From positions 256,001 to 320,000 of the forward strand of contig OY843584.1 in NCBI GenBank assembly GCA_963692915.1: a stretch of 64,000 bases of DNA. Direction: 5' to 3'. The stretch comes from Cenarchaeum sp. (GTDB lineage: Archaea; Thermoproteota; Nitrososphaeria; Nitrososphaerales; Nitrosopumilaceae). The notes under the pieces are model-generated. The model ran no database searches. It saw only the letters and a list, made by a program, of their open reading frames with translations, and had not been told where the DNA came from. Positions 32,228 to 42,022 of this stretch are shown here, piece after piece; the stretch's first letter is position 1; each line of letters starts with the position of its first letter. A program made the position numbers and the translations under genes.

Positions 32228-32484
32228 CGGTCCAGCGCGCGCTCGAGGTCCGGCCCCCTTGCGCCGAGCATTCTGACAAACTCGCCAGTCTCGGCCTCGG
32301 TGGGATCCCTCCCGCATATCCTCCTCGTCTGGTAATAGAACGAGTTGTAGAGCATGCCGACAAGCATTGCGTACGGCGTGACTGCGCCGCGCCCGACGGC
32401 ATCGGCAATCCCGGTTAGCTCTGCCCTGCGCTCAGTCGCCTCGGCAATCTTTGCGTCTATGCGCTCCTTGACCCTTGGATCCAT
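32224..32484 (-). CDS. small hypothetical protein
   Basis: MDPRVKERID...GMLYNSFYYQTRRICGRDPT; fills the gap between rpl10e and a divergent promoter. Confidence 0.75.
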   Translation of the reverse strand: MDPRVKERIDAKIAEATERRAELTGIADAVGRGAVTPYAMLVGMLYNSFYYQTRRICGRDPTEAETGEFVRMLGARGPDLERALDR

Positions 32485-32571
32485 GGAGTGGCGCGAGCGC
32501 ATGTGACTAAAAAGCGTGACGTGCGATCCGGCCGTCGGCGTTTTATACGGGCACGCCTGCGCCCCTTGCCG

Positions 32572-33330
32572 ATGATCAATGTGCGCGAGGGCGACGGCGG
32601 GACGACTGTCCATGCGGCAGTGACTGACTTTGTCAACGTCATGGGATACTGTGAGCACAAGCTCGCCCCTATAGTCGAGGGCGTGGAGGTTCCGACGCCG
32701 GTGGCAGTAAGGCGCGGCGGGGCAGCGCACGTTCTAGAGGAGGCCAAGGACGCCAAGGATGTCGCCGAGAGGATCGAGCGCGGCGAGCTCGTTGAGGCAA
32801 CCGAGGAGGCCATCGCCGATCCTGGCACACAGGTCGAGCTAGAGCGTGAGAGCGTCTACACGACACTAGAGATGCCCGTGTCATCTGACGGCCGCAGCGC
32901 ATCGGTCAAACTCTTTGGCAGGGCCGACAAGGTCTGCCGCGTCAACGGCGCACTGCGAGTCATAGACAACAAGTTTGCCGCAAATCCCGCACGCTATGAC
33001 TCGCGCGATGAGCCGTTCATGGACCAAAAGCTCCAGGTTCTCGCGTATCTCAACTCGTCATTCTCAACGACCAAGGCCCGCACAGATTCCCTTGACATAC
33101 CGCACGAGAGCAAGGAGTGGTCCATCCAGATACATGACGCAATCACGCGCGAGCCGGCCAAGACGTTTCTCAAGAGGCAGAGCGAGCATGACCGCAGGGT
33201 CCTGGTCCACAACGTGTCGCGCTTTGCCGGCATTGCGCTCGGATGGGAAAAGCCTGTCCACCACGACAACCCGCGCAAGTGTCGCCCGTGCCAGTACATT
33301 GGCGTGTGCAAGTTTGCGCTGCATGAATAG
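32572..33330 (+). CDS. solo Cas4-like / RecB-family Fe-S exonuclease
   Basis: YCEHK, GRAD...IDNK, QVLAY, C-terminal CRPCQYIGVC (four-Cys pattern). Confidence 0.8.
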   Translation: MINVREGDGGTTVHAAVTDFVNVMGYCEHKLAPIVEGVEVPTPVAVRRGGAAHVLEEAKDAKDVAERIERGELVEATEEAIADPGTQVELERESVYTTLEMPVSSDGRSASVKLFGRADKVCRVNGALRVIDNKFAANPARYDSRDEPFMDQKLQVLAYLNSSFSTTKARTDSLDIPHESKEWSIQIHDAITREPAKTFLKRQSEHDRRVLVHNVSRFAGIALGWEKPVHHDNPRKCRPCQYIGVCKFALHE

Positions 33331-33377
33331 CCGGCAGCCAAGGGTTAAGTAAGCGCGCCGTGATGGCCTGCGTGACG

Positions 33378-35846
33378 ATGGCGATGATAAGCTCGGCATT
33401 GCGCGCAGTGGAGCTGCGACAAGAGCCCGCACCGCTAATCATAGGGGAGCGGCTCAACGCGCAGGGCTCGCGCAGGGCAAAGCGCCTCGTCCTTGATGAT
33501 GACATTGGCGGCCTAGTTGACCTTGCGCGCGAGCAAGTCGAGGACGGCGCGCACTGCATCGACGTCTGCGTTGACACGACAGAGCGCTCTGATGAGCGGG
33601 ACATCATGCTGCGCCTCGTAAAGCGCCTCAGCCTCGAGGTCGAGGCGCCACTCGTCATAGACTCAACGAGCGCCGACGTCGTTGCCGCCGCCGTCGAGCA
33701 GATACCGGGCAAGCCGATAGTCAACTCGATCAACCTCGAGGGCGACGGGTCGCGCTTTGGGGCGATCGCGCCAGTCATGGCAAAGTATGGCGCACCGGCA
33801 GTCGCAATGTGCATCGGTCCGGGCGGCATGGCAAAGACGCCTCAAGAAAAGCTAGAGACGGCGCGCCTCCTCCTAGATCATGGCCGCGACGCCGGACTTC
33901 GCGCAGACCAGTTCATCTTTGATGTCCTGACCTTCACGCTCGGGACTGGCGAGGCCGAGTATGCCGGCGCCGGCGCTGACACCCTAGAGGGCATACGCGC
34001 AGTCCACGAGGAGATGCCTGACTCGTACACGGTTCTCGGGCTGAGCAACATCAGCTTTGGCCTCACGCCGCCGGCGCGCAGGCTCATCAACTCGGCGTTC
34101 CTCCACCATGCCGTGCGCGCCGGCCTTGATGCAGTCATCATCAACGTGCGCGACATTACGGCATACGCGCAGATACCGGCATCTGAGCGCCGTCTCGCAG
34201 ACGCCCTCATATTCAACGAGTCAGAAGGCGCGCTGCCCGAGCTCATCGCGCACTTTGAGGCCGAGGGCACAGGGGGAGGCGGTGCGGCCACGGCAAGGCA
34301 GCCAACTGTAGACCCGTCGATGAGCGCATCCAAGAGGTGCACGTTTCGCATAGTCAACCGTGTTCGCGACGGGATGGAGGGCGACGTGCTCGCCGCGATA
34401 GCCGAAAAGGTTCCCGGCGCGCCGGCGCCGGAGGGCGGCGAGCTCGTAATTCCGGCGCAGGCGGCGCACGAGGCGGCCCTGCGCACGCTCAATGACGACC
34501 TACTGCCGGCGATGAAGGAGGTCGGCGACAAGTTTGGCGCCGGTGAGATCATACTGCCGTTTGTGCTAAAGTCAGCCGAGTGCATGAAGGCAGCAGTCGT
34601 CGAGATCGAGCGCCACCTCATAAGGACAGACGAGGCCTCCAAGGGGAGCATCGTGCTCGGAACCGTATATGGCGACGTGCATGACATTGGGAAAAACCTC
34701 GTCAAGACGATACTCGAGAACAACGGGTACACTGTCCATGACCTCGGAAAGCAGGTTCCGCTCCAGAGCTTTGTGGACAAGATACGCGAGACCGGCGCTG
34801 ATGCCGTTGGCCTCTCGGCGCTCCTCGTCCACACGTCGCGCCAGATGGGAGAGTTTGTTGACTATGCGCGCAAGAACTCTATGGGCATACCGATACTCTG
34901 CGGAGGCGCGGCAATACACACAAACTTTGTCAACAAGATAGCAAGCGAGGGCGGGATATACCCGCACGGCGTGTTTTATTGCAACACAATGTTTGACGGC
35001 CTCGAGGTCATGGAGCGCATTGCCGCCGGCGAGCGCGACGAGCTCGTCGCGTCATGGCGCACGAGAATAGAGTCATGGAAGCCGCCGGCCCCGCCGCAGA
35101 GGCGCAAGGACCAGGCGACGCGCACGGTAAAGCCAGTCGAGGCGCCGCGCGCGCCGTCCCTGGGCAAGGTCATTCGCCTGGAGCCACCCGATGTCCCGCT
35201 CGGGGAGGTCTGGCCGCTACTTGACAAGCGGTCGCTCTTCAAGATGTCCTGGGGCGTTCGCGGGCGGGCCGCTGCTGCCTCTGAGGCCGAGCACGAGCGC
35301 CTGTACGACGAGTGGAGGGAGCGCGCCGTCACTGATGGCCTCCTCGAGGCGCGCGTCGCCTACGCGTACCACGAGTGCCGCAACGCCGGCGGCGGGAGCC
35401 TTGAGGTCAAGGGTGCTGCAGGCAAGGCCGTGACCTTTGAGTTTCCGCAGAGGGGCGGCGTGGGCATTGCGGACTATTTTGGCGAGCGCGATGTCGTGGC
35501 GTTTCAGGCAGTCACTGTTGGCCCGCGTGTAGCAAGCACAGTCGAGGCGTGGAACGCCGAGGGCCGCTATACTGATGCGTACTATCTGCACGGCCTGGCC
35601 GTCGAGGCCGCCGAGGCACTCGCGGCCTGGACGCATGCGCGAATCCGCTCCGAGCTCGGAATTGGCAGCCGCGGCCTGCGCTACAGCTGGGGCTATCCGA
35701 GCTGTCCGGACATATCACAGCACCAGCTTGTGTGGGATCTCATCAATCCGGCCGAGTCGGGCATGACGCTCACGTCACACCACCAGATAGTGCCCGAGCA
35801 CTCGACTGCGGCCCTCGTGGTCCACCACCCTGACGCGTCGTACTAG
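33378..35846 (+). CDS. metH: cobalamin-dependent methionine synthase (folate, B12 and activation domains; no homocysteine domain)
   Basis: IGERLN, GLSNISFG, LPFVLKSAE, GDVHDIGKNLV, RYSWGYPSCPD, PEHST. Confidence 0.93.
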   Translation: MAMISSALRAVELRQEPAPLIIGERLNAQGSRRAKRLVLDDDIGGLVDLAREQVEDGAHCIDVCVDTTERSDERDIMLRLVKRLSLEVEAPLVIDSTSADVVAAAVEQIPGKPIVNSINLEGDGSRFGAIAPVMAKYGAPAVAMCIGPGGMAKTPQEKLETARLLLDHGRDAGLRADQFIFDVLTFTLGTGEAEYAGAGADTLEGIRAVHEEMPDSYTVLGLSNISFGLTPPARRLINSAFLHHAVRAGLDAVIINVRDITAYAQIPASERRLADALIFNESEGALPELIAHFEAEGTGGGGAATARQPTVDPSMSASKRCTFRIVNRVRDGMEGDVLAAIAEKVPGAPAPEGGELVIPAQAAHEAALRTLNDDLLPAMKEVGDKFGAGEIILPFVLKSAECMKAAVVEIERHLIRTDEASKGSIVLGTVYGDVHDIGKNLVKTILENNGYTVHDLGKQVPLQSFVDKIRETGADAVGLSALLVHTSRQMGEFVDYARKNSMGIPILCGGAAIHTNFVNKIASEGGIYPHGVFYCNTMFDGLEVMERIAAGERDELVASWRTRIESWKPPAPPQRRKDQATRTVKPVEAPRAPSLGKVIRLEPPDVPLGEVWPLLDKRSLFKMSWGVRGRAAAASEAEHERLYDEWRERAVTDGLLEARVAYAYHECRNAGGGSLEVKGAAGKAVTFEFPQRGGVGIADYFGERDVVAFQAVTVGPRVASTVEAWNAEGRYTDAYYLHGLAVEAAEALAAWTHARIRSELGIGSRGLRYSWGYPSCPDISQHQLVWDLINPAESGMTLTSHHQIVPEHSTAALVVHHPDASY

Positions 35847-36586
35847 CGCGCCGCGGCAATGACGGACTCGGCCATTGCGCGGTCCCTGGGCGACGTCACA
35901 AGGACATTGCCGGCGATCTCGTGGACGTGGCGCACGAACGTGCCAGCATCGCCCTCGTAGGACGACCAGTCCAGCCCGAGCGTGCGCGCAGACGCGGCGT
36001 TTTTTGGGGACGGGATCATCACGCACGGCATCACGCCGACGTCATGCGCGCGCATCTCCGTGACGATCTTTGTGGCCTGCGCGGCCGACGAGATGACCTG
36101 CGTCACAAACCCGTCTGGCCTTGCGGCGAGCTTTTTCTGCGTCCTTGCGGCATCCGGCACTGTTGGCAGCGAGAGGAGCATCCTGAGGCCGCACGTTGAG
36201 GACTCAGCGCGCAGTCCTGCTAGCACGGCGCCGGGATAGAGTCCAGAGTCGTGCGCGCCCTCGTACTGTGGCGGGTCACCCCTGACGAGCAGGACGCCTG
36301 ACACGCCGGTGCGCGCAGCGGCGGCAATGTCATCCCTGATGCGCTCAAGGCTGCGGTCGCGCGTTCGCATGCTCATCATCACGCCGATGCGCGCCTCGCG
36401 CGCAATGATCTCGGCACACGCGTCTAGCGCGCCGATTCGCCGTGTCCCGAGGACGCCGTCAGTCACGAGAAGCCCGTCGGCGACTTTCATCACGCGCCCT
36501 AGGCGATCCGTCATGGACTCTAGCTGCGTGCGCACATCTTGGCCGTCCTCGACCCTTGGTGGATTGACCTCATACACTATGGCCAT
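35843..36586 (-). CDS. metF: methylenetetrahydrofolate reductase-like protein
   Basis: YEVNPP, VTD, RTRDR, LLVRGDPP, FVTQ; convergent with metH. Confidence 0.75.
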   Translation of the reverse strand: MAIVYEVNPPRVEDGQDVRTQLESMTDRLGRVMKVADGLLVTDGVLGTRRIGALDACAEIIAREARIGVMMSMRTRDRSLERIRDDIAAAARTGVSGVLLVRGDPPQYEGAHDSGLYPGAVLAGLRAESSTCGLRMLLSLPTVPDAARTQKKLAARPDGFVTQVISSAAQATKIVTEMRAHDVGVMPCVMIPSPKNAASARTLGLDWSSYEGDAGTFVRHVHEIAGNVLVTSPRDRAMAESVIAAAR

Positions 36587-36792
36587 TGCCGGATCGGCAG
36601 GCCCTGCGGGGCGCTATATCTAAACCGTCACGAGCTTTCACGCGTCAATGCGGCCGCGTGCCGTGGGGCTAGTCTCGTGAATGACACTGCGTGCTGTGTG
36701 GCGTATGGGGCATATATCTAATAAATGTCAATTGTTTAGGTTCGCCTGAAATGCTCATAACTTTTTTAACTTGGGACGCCCCCTAGCGTGGT

Positions 36793-37446
36793 GTGAAGTA
36801 CAAGACGTTCAAGAACTCATTTGCCCCGCTTATAGATCACGAAATCCTCGATGTTGAGCAGATCATTCTTGGGATGCGCCTTGGTATGGTGGAGCAGGAC
36901 AAGGTGCCGACTGCGGCTAGGGAGGCCATCACGGATGAGATAAACAAACGTATAAAAGCACAGGTGTCCCCCATGACGCTGCTGATATTGCTTCTTGGTT
37001 CAGTAGGAGATGTAAAATACAAGACACGCCTGCAAAGATACGTATTTCTTGCAGACAAGCAACTCTTGCAAACAAAAAAGCTCAAACCTGACCGACTGGT
37101 GTATGAATGGAAACCACACCATTATGGCCCCTTTAGCGAAGATTTGGAGCTTTGTGTGAAAGAAGCCATTGAAGAAAAACTGGTTGCTTCCTTTGAAATT
37201 CATGAGGATGGTAAAAATCCCGGTATTGGATACAAGCTTACAATTCAGGGACGTGCTGAATTTAAGCGTTTATTGTCACATTTCGACGACACATCAAACC
37301 TAATTCGTGGAATGTTGCTTAAATTTCAAAAAGACCAAACAGAACACCAGCTTTTAGATTTTGTATGCCAGATGTATCCGGAATACACCACACGTGACAT
37401 AATTCGTGATAAATTTATTGACGCGGATGATGCGCCGGTACCGTAG
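36793..37446 (+). CDS. YwgA/DUF4065 (SocA/Panacea-like) domain protein, copy 1
   Basis: KTRLQRYVFL, YEWKPHHYGPFS, YKLTIQG, YPEYT; AT-rich; last codons run into the IS remnant. Confidence 0.7.
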   Translation: MKYKTFKNSFAPLIDHEILDVEQIILGMRLGMVEQDKVPTAAREAITDEINKRIKAQVSPMTLLILLLGSVGDVKYKTRLQRYVFLADKQLLQTKKLKPDRLVYEWKPHHYGPFSEDLELCVKEAIEEKLVASFEIHEDGKNPGIGYKLTIQGRAEFKRLLSHFDDTSNLIRGMLLKFQKDQTEHQLLDFVCQMYPEYTTRDIIRDKFIDADDAPVP

Positions 37447-37776
37447 CGGCACCGAGGCGTTCATACGCACGTACGGCAAGCGCAGCGTCGTCGAATCCGC
37501 CTTCTCGATCAAGAGGAGGATCGACGGAACGCTGCGGTCGCGCACACGCCGCACGCAGCGCGTCGAGCTGTCGTGCATCGCCCTGGGGTACAACGTGCTG
37601 AGGCTGCTGGAGAGGTAGCGCCACAACGCGCCGGGCGTGGAGGGGCGCACCCGGCGTGAGCTGCGCATACCGCGGCGGTCCCGGCGCCTAACCCGGCGCC
37701 GGGGCGGGACGGGGCTGGAATTTCACGCAGTGCGGCGCCCCGGGACGGCCGCTCGTGCGTATTCGTGGACAAAGCC
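37421..37776 (+). mobile_element. IS5-like DDE transposase 3' remnant with putative right end
   Basis: YGKRSVVESAFSIKRRIDGTLRSRT...ELSCIALGYNV (Y-x2-R-x3-E-type motif), stop at 37618; abrupt GC-rich patch ending in gtggacaaagcc. Confidence 0.75.
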
Positions 37777-37822
37777 TGAAATGCTCATAGCTTTTTTAAC
37801 ATGGGACGTCCCCAAGCGCGGT

Positions 37823-38437
37823 GTGAAGTACAAGACGTTCAAGAACTCATTTGCCCCGCTTATAGACCACGAACTCCTCGATGTTGAGCAAATCATTCTT
37901 GGGATGCGCCTTGGTGTGGTGGAACAGGACAAGTTGCCTCCTGCGGCTAGGGAGGCCATCACGTATGAGATAGACAAGCGTGCAAAAGCGCAGGTGACCC
38001 CCGTGAAGCTACTGGTCCTGCTTCTTGGTTCTGTGGGCGACGTAAAACACAAGACCCGCCTGCAAAAATACCTATTTCTTGCGGATAAACAACTCTTGAA
38101 AACAAGGCAGCCCAAAACTAAACACCTGGTGTATGAGTGGAAACCACACTACTATGGACCGTTTAGCAGACATGTGGACATTTGTGTGAAAGATGCCGTT
38201 AAAGCAAAACTCGTTGAGTTATTTACAATTCACGAGACTAACAAAAATCCTGATATCGGATACAGGCTTACAATGAAGGGGCACGCCGAGTTTCGGCGTT
38301 TATTGTCAAATTTCAATGAAACGTCAAGTCTAATTCGTGGAATGTTGCTTAAATTTCAAAAAGACCCAACAGTACAACTGCTCGATTTTGTATACTGGAT
38401 GTATCCGGAATACACGAAAAAAAAGCATGATCCGTGA
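37823..38437 (+). CDS. YwgA/DUF4065-like domain protein, copy 2 (C-terminus frameshifted at A8)
   Basis: Colinear with copy 1. With one A fewer at 38417..38424 it reads TKKSMIRDKF, matching TTRDIIRDKF of copy 1. Confidence 0.7.
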   Translation: MKYKTFKNSFAPLIDHELLDVEQIILGMRLGVVEQDKLPPAAREAITYEIDKRAKAQVTPVKLLVLLLGSVGDVKHKTRLQKYLFLADKQLLKTRQPKTKHLVYEWKPHYYGPFSRHVDICVKDAVKAKLVELFTIHETNKNPDIGYRLTMKGHAEFRRLLSNFNETSSLIRGMLLKFQKDPTVQLLDFVYWMYPEYTKKKHDP

Positions 38438-38830
38438 CAAGTTTCTACAGCAGACAAGGATTGGCAAAAATTCCCTACCGTGACAAGTCTACACGGACGC
38501 CATGAAATGGACTATTCTGCCATTGTGCTAAATATGGTCAACTCCGTGGACTCATTCCAGCTAGTGCACACCAAACTGCCTGTTCGCTAAAAGTTGCAAT
38601 GTGGCAGTGTCGACCTCTGGCATTTGGCCTGCCGGGCCAATGCTGCGCAATTCTAGATCATGTCGCCCTGATGTCGGCCACACTGCCGGTCAGGCCACGT
38701 GATGCCCGCCAGAGTCCATCCGGTTGAGGCGTGACGGGGAGCCTCGAAATGGCGCATCTGGGCGTGAACCGGCGGCAATGGCGCCTATTTTTGCCTGATC
38801 ACTTTTAAAGCCACGCCTGCGCGGTGGAGC

Positions 38831-39742
38831 ATGATGGCCAGGGCAATCCCCCTAGCAGTGCTCGCGCTCGCGGCGCTCATTCCGGCTGCGGCTGCTGAGA
38901 CGATCACCGTCGATCTTGACGGGCAGGACGTTGACATCACGTATGAGGCAACTGATGCTGAGGTTCTTGACGCATACTTTAGCGGCCCATCGATCCTTTT
39001 TGTGGTCGCGCCTTCCGGCAGCCAGGGTTCCCTGGTCGTGACGCTTGAGCGCAGCGTGATCGACACGTTCAAGGTAGCCGGCGAGGACTCGCCGTACATT
39101 GTGCTCCTCGAAGCGTTCGCGATCGACACGTTTGAGGAGTCAAACACGACTCCCACGAGCCGAACGCTTCGCATACCGCTAGAGTTCGACACTGAGGAGA
39201 TCGAGATTGTCGGTGACATTGTCGGCAGATCGGCCGCGCCTGCGGTCAGCGTGACTGAAGAGCCAGTAGATGACGTCCCTGTGGACGATGCCATGATGGC
39301 CGATGTCCCCGAGGACACCACCGCAGAGCTCCCTGATGACGTGGCGCCTGCCCCGCCGGAGGACGCGACATCGGATGTTTCTGAGGAGCCTGCGATGGAG
39401 ACTGGCCAGATGGAGGATGGTGCGATGATGGAGCAGACGGAGGATGCAATGATGATGGAGGATGACGCAATGATGCAGACGGAGGACGGGATGATGGAGC
39501 AGATGGAGGGTGAGATGATGGAGCCTGACGCAATGGATGACACCATGATGCGTGACTCGTCGCCCGTGTGCGGACAGGGCACAGTTCTTGCCGCTGACGG
39601 CACTACATGTGTCCTGTCGGCCATGCCCTCCTCACAGCCAGTCTCATACAGGGATCTCGTCTTTGGCGCCGGTGCCGGATTTGTCATATCGATAATACTC
39701 GTTATCATAATGGTCGGCATTGGCCGCGCCGCAAGGCCATAG
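38831..39742 (+). CDS. membrane-anchored surface protein with Met/acidic low-complexity tract
   Basis: Signal peptide; acidic beta-rich domain ending EIEIVG; Met-rich tract; CGQGTVLAADGTTC; C-terminal TM helix. Confidence 0.85.
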   Translation: MMARAIPLAVLALAALIPAAAAETITVDLDGQDVDITYEATDAEVLDAYFSGPSILFVVAPSGSQGSLVVTLERSVIDTFKVAGEDSPYIVLLEAFAIDTFEESNTTPTSRTLRIPLEFDTEEIEIVGDIVGRSAAPAVSVTEEPVDDVPVDDAMMADVPEDTTAELPDDVAPAPPEDATSDVSEEPAMETGQMEDGAMMEQTEDAMMMEDDAMMQTEDGMMEQMEGEMMEPDAMDDTMMRDSSPVCGQGTVLAADGTTCVLSAMPSSQPVSYRDLVFGAGAGFVISIILVIIMVGIGRAARP

Positions 39743-39748
39743 CGCGGC

Positions 39749-40420
39749 TCACTCTGCGATAAGCTTCTTGATTAGCCCCTCTATGCGCCCACCAGAGGCG
39801 TCCTGGCCAAAGGCGACGTCGTGCAGCATGCCCTTTCGGTCAACGAGTATGCTCGATGGCGTCCCGCGCAGCCGGTACATCTCAAAGGTTGATGCGGTGT
39901 ACTCTTTTTTTGCCAGGTGGTCGCGAACCTGGGCGATCACCTGTTCTTGGTATGTCGCCGGCTTTGAGTCAAAGTCCGGCAACTGCGAGTGGATGAACTC
40001 CATGATCTGCGCAGTGTCTGCCCCGCCGGCCGGCGCCTTTTCGAGGAGGTCAAGGCCGACTGGAAACGGTATCTTGTAGGTCAGCTTGTTGCCGTCAAGG
40101 AGGCCGTTCTGGCCCAGCGCGCTGAGCGTGTCACCGATGACCTCGCCGGTCTCTAGGAGGAGGCGCAGGTTCTCTGGCGTGTTCTTGTCATAATCCTCAA
40201 AGGCCGTCGCGACGCCTAGAACGCGCACTCCCTCGTCGCGGTACTTTGTGTATATCGAGACGGCCTCGGGCAGCGCATAGACAAAGCAGCCTGGGCAGTT
40301 GACCTGAAAGACCTCGACGAGGACGATATGGTCATCCTCTGCATCAAGATTTGTCGGCAGGCCCTGAACCCACTCGGAGACCCCTAGGTTTGGCGCTTTT
40401 TGCCCTATCTCTACGTCCAT
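39749..40420 (-). CDS. TlpA/redoxin family thiol-disulfide oxidoreductase
   Basis: FQVNCPGC, RGTPS, ILVDRKG. Confidence 0.85.
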   Translation of the reverse strand: MDVEIGQKAPNLGVSEWVQGLPTNLDAEDDHIVLVEVFQVNCPGCFVYALPEAVSIYTKYRDEGVRVLGVATAFEDYDKNTPENLRLLLETGEVIGDTLSALGQNGLLDGNKLTYKIPFPVGLDLLEKAPAGGADTAQIMEFIHSQLPDFDSKPATYQEQVIAQVRDHLAKKEYTASTFEMYRLRGTPSSILVDRKGMLHDVAFGQDASGGRIEGLIKKLIAE

Positions 40421-40804
40421 CAGCGCACGCTGCAGGTGAGTTGCGATAAAAACATAGCTGCCCCTGCACATTCATGCGAGCCGCCCCGCCGTTCATGGGC
40501 AACGGCGCAGCACCTGCGCCGTGCTGCCCCCTGACAGCCCCGTCTCTGGTGCAACGTGGCCGCGTGCCGTCCCCGGACGCCAATGGTGGTCAGGGCACCA
40601 CAATCCCCATCACACAAAACGTGGGAGTGCGCGGGTCACGCGGCTTGCCATGCGGTGCGCAATTCGCAATGTTTGCGCGCCTGCGCAATATGAATGTGGC
40701 AGCACCTGGCATTGCCGGGGCAGACACCATGCCATCGTCAACATGACGTGTCGCCGATGCCGCACCACGCGCCACACCATCGCAGACTGTGGCGCCACCA
40801 TAAA

Positions 40805-41545
40805 CTAGAGGAGAAACTCGGCGGCATTCCTTCCCTCCTCGGTAAGGTGAACCCATCGGTTCCTGCCGACCTTTTTGACCTCGATAAAGCCCCACCTCGA
40901 CTCTAGTGGCTGTATGATGTTCTTGTCGAGGCTGGCAAAGCGCACCTGCGAATAGTTTCCCTTTGGCGAGCTTATCTTTATGATCTCCCTGTCATCGACT
41001 GCCTGCGCGAGGTTCTTCTTTGTGATCTTGCCGCCGCTCTCGCTTATTATCCCAAGTGTGCTGACTAGCCTGGACTCTGGCGTCTGGATCTCGTATGAGG
41101 GAATCCTGACTATCTCCTTTATGCCTGTCGAGATCTGCCTGCCCTCAAAGGCCGCATAGTTCTGGGCCTCCGTGTAGAACGGCGTCACGTTGTGGCCAGA
41201 GTTGAACATCATGGTGGCCATCATTCCGGCGATCGCCTGGATCTTTGAGCCTGATGCGAGGTTTACAAACACGTCATTGCCGGTCTCGCCGCCGAGTATG
41301 TGCCTTATCGCCCTGATTATCCCAAAGAGCGCGCGCCGGTCGTGGGGCTCGCGGATGACCTCGATCCCGTCGCCCTCTAGCGCGTCGGCGACCTGCTCGA
41401 TTATGCCGGTGGCCTTGTCCTCGCCGGGCTTGTCGTGAACCAGGAGCCATACGCGCTCGGCCTTTAGCTTGCTTGCGGGCATGACTATGCGGTCGACCTC
41501 GTACCCTACGGGGGCGATGTGGACGCGTGTCCTCACTATCGACAT
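40805..41545 (-). CDS. CARF-like Rossmann plus winged-helix regulator (DUF6293-like)
   Basis: RVHIAPVGYEVDR, FVNLASGSKIQAI, C-terminal wHTH ending VHLTEEG. Confidence 0.8.
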   Translation of the reverse strand: MSIVRTRVHIAPVGYEVDRIVMPASKLKAERVWLLVHDKPGEDKATGIIEQVADALEGDGIEVIREPHDRRALFGIIRAIRHILGGETGNDVFVNLASGSKIQAIAGMMATMMFNSGHNVTPFYTEAQNYAAFEGRQISTGIKEIVRIPSYEIQTPESRLVSTLGIISESGGKITKKNLAQAVDDREIIKISSPKGNYSQVRFASLDKNIIQPLESRWGFIEVKKVGRNRWVHLTEEGRNAAEFLL

Positions 41546-41608
41546 TGTATGTTCAGTATCCCTACTATGCTGATGATACATAATAAACCATACCCCGCAC
41601 CCACACGC

Positions 41609-42022
41609 ATGACACAGTCGATCGCCCTTGACACGTGCGTCGTGATAGCCCTGCTCGAACGGCCTCGCCTTGCACGGTCCATTAGGAAGGCCCTGCGCGG
41701 CAGGTGCGGCAGGGTCTTTCTGCCTGACACGGTCCTAAACGAGGTTGGGCGCGTCCGTGGCCATGGCGCACGGTCCGTGAGCGGCAAGATCGCGCGCCTT
41801 CTTGGCAGGGACATCTCTGTCGTCGTGACCACGCCGGCGCACCGTGAGCACGCGCGCGAGCTCACGTCGCGCTATGCGGTATGCCACGCCGGCGACAACC
41901 TGATCGTCGCAGTCTGCGCCGCACTTGACCTCGTCCTGCTCACCTTTGATCGCATGCTCTTGACGGCCTGCTCGTTTGTGGGCATTGCGGCGTTTCGTCC
42001 ATCCGAGATGAGGGGATTCTAG
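41609..42022 (+). CDS. PIN-domain protein
   Basis: LDTCV, VLNEV, GDNLI, LLTFD acidic tetrad. Confidence 0.85.
   Translation: MTQSIALDTCVVIALLERPRLARSIRKALRGRCGRVFLPDTVLNEVGRVRGHGARSVSGKIARLLGRDISVVVTTPAHREHARELTSRYAVCHAGDNLIVAVCAALDLVLLTFDRMLLTACSFVGIAAFRPSEMRGF

Noticed and set aside
32488-33360. CRISPR-Cas locus around the Cas4-like gene
   Set aside because: No repeat-spacer array or other cas genes were seen anywhere in the window.
40497-40530. Strong hairpin acggcgcag/ctgcgccgt as riboswitch or mobile element
   Set aside because: A single GC-rich stem with no recognisable aptamer or second copy.
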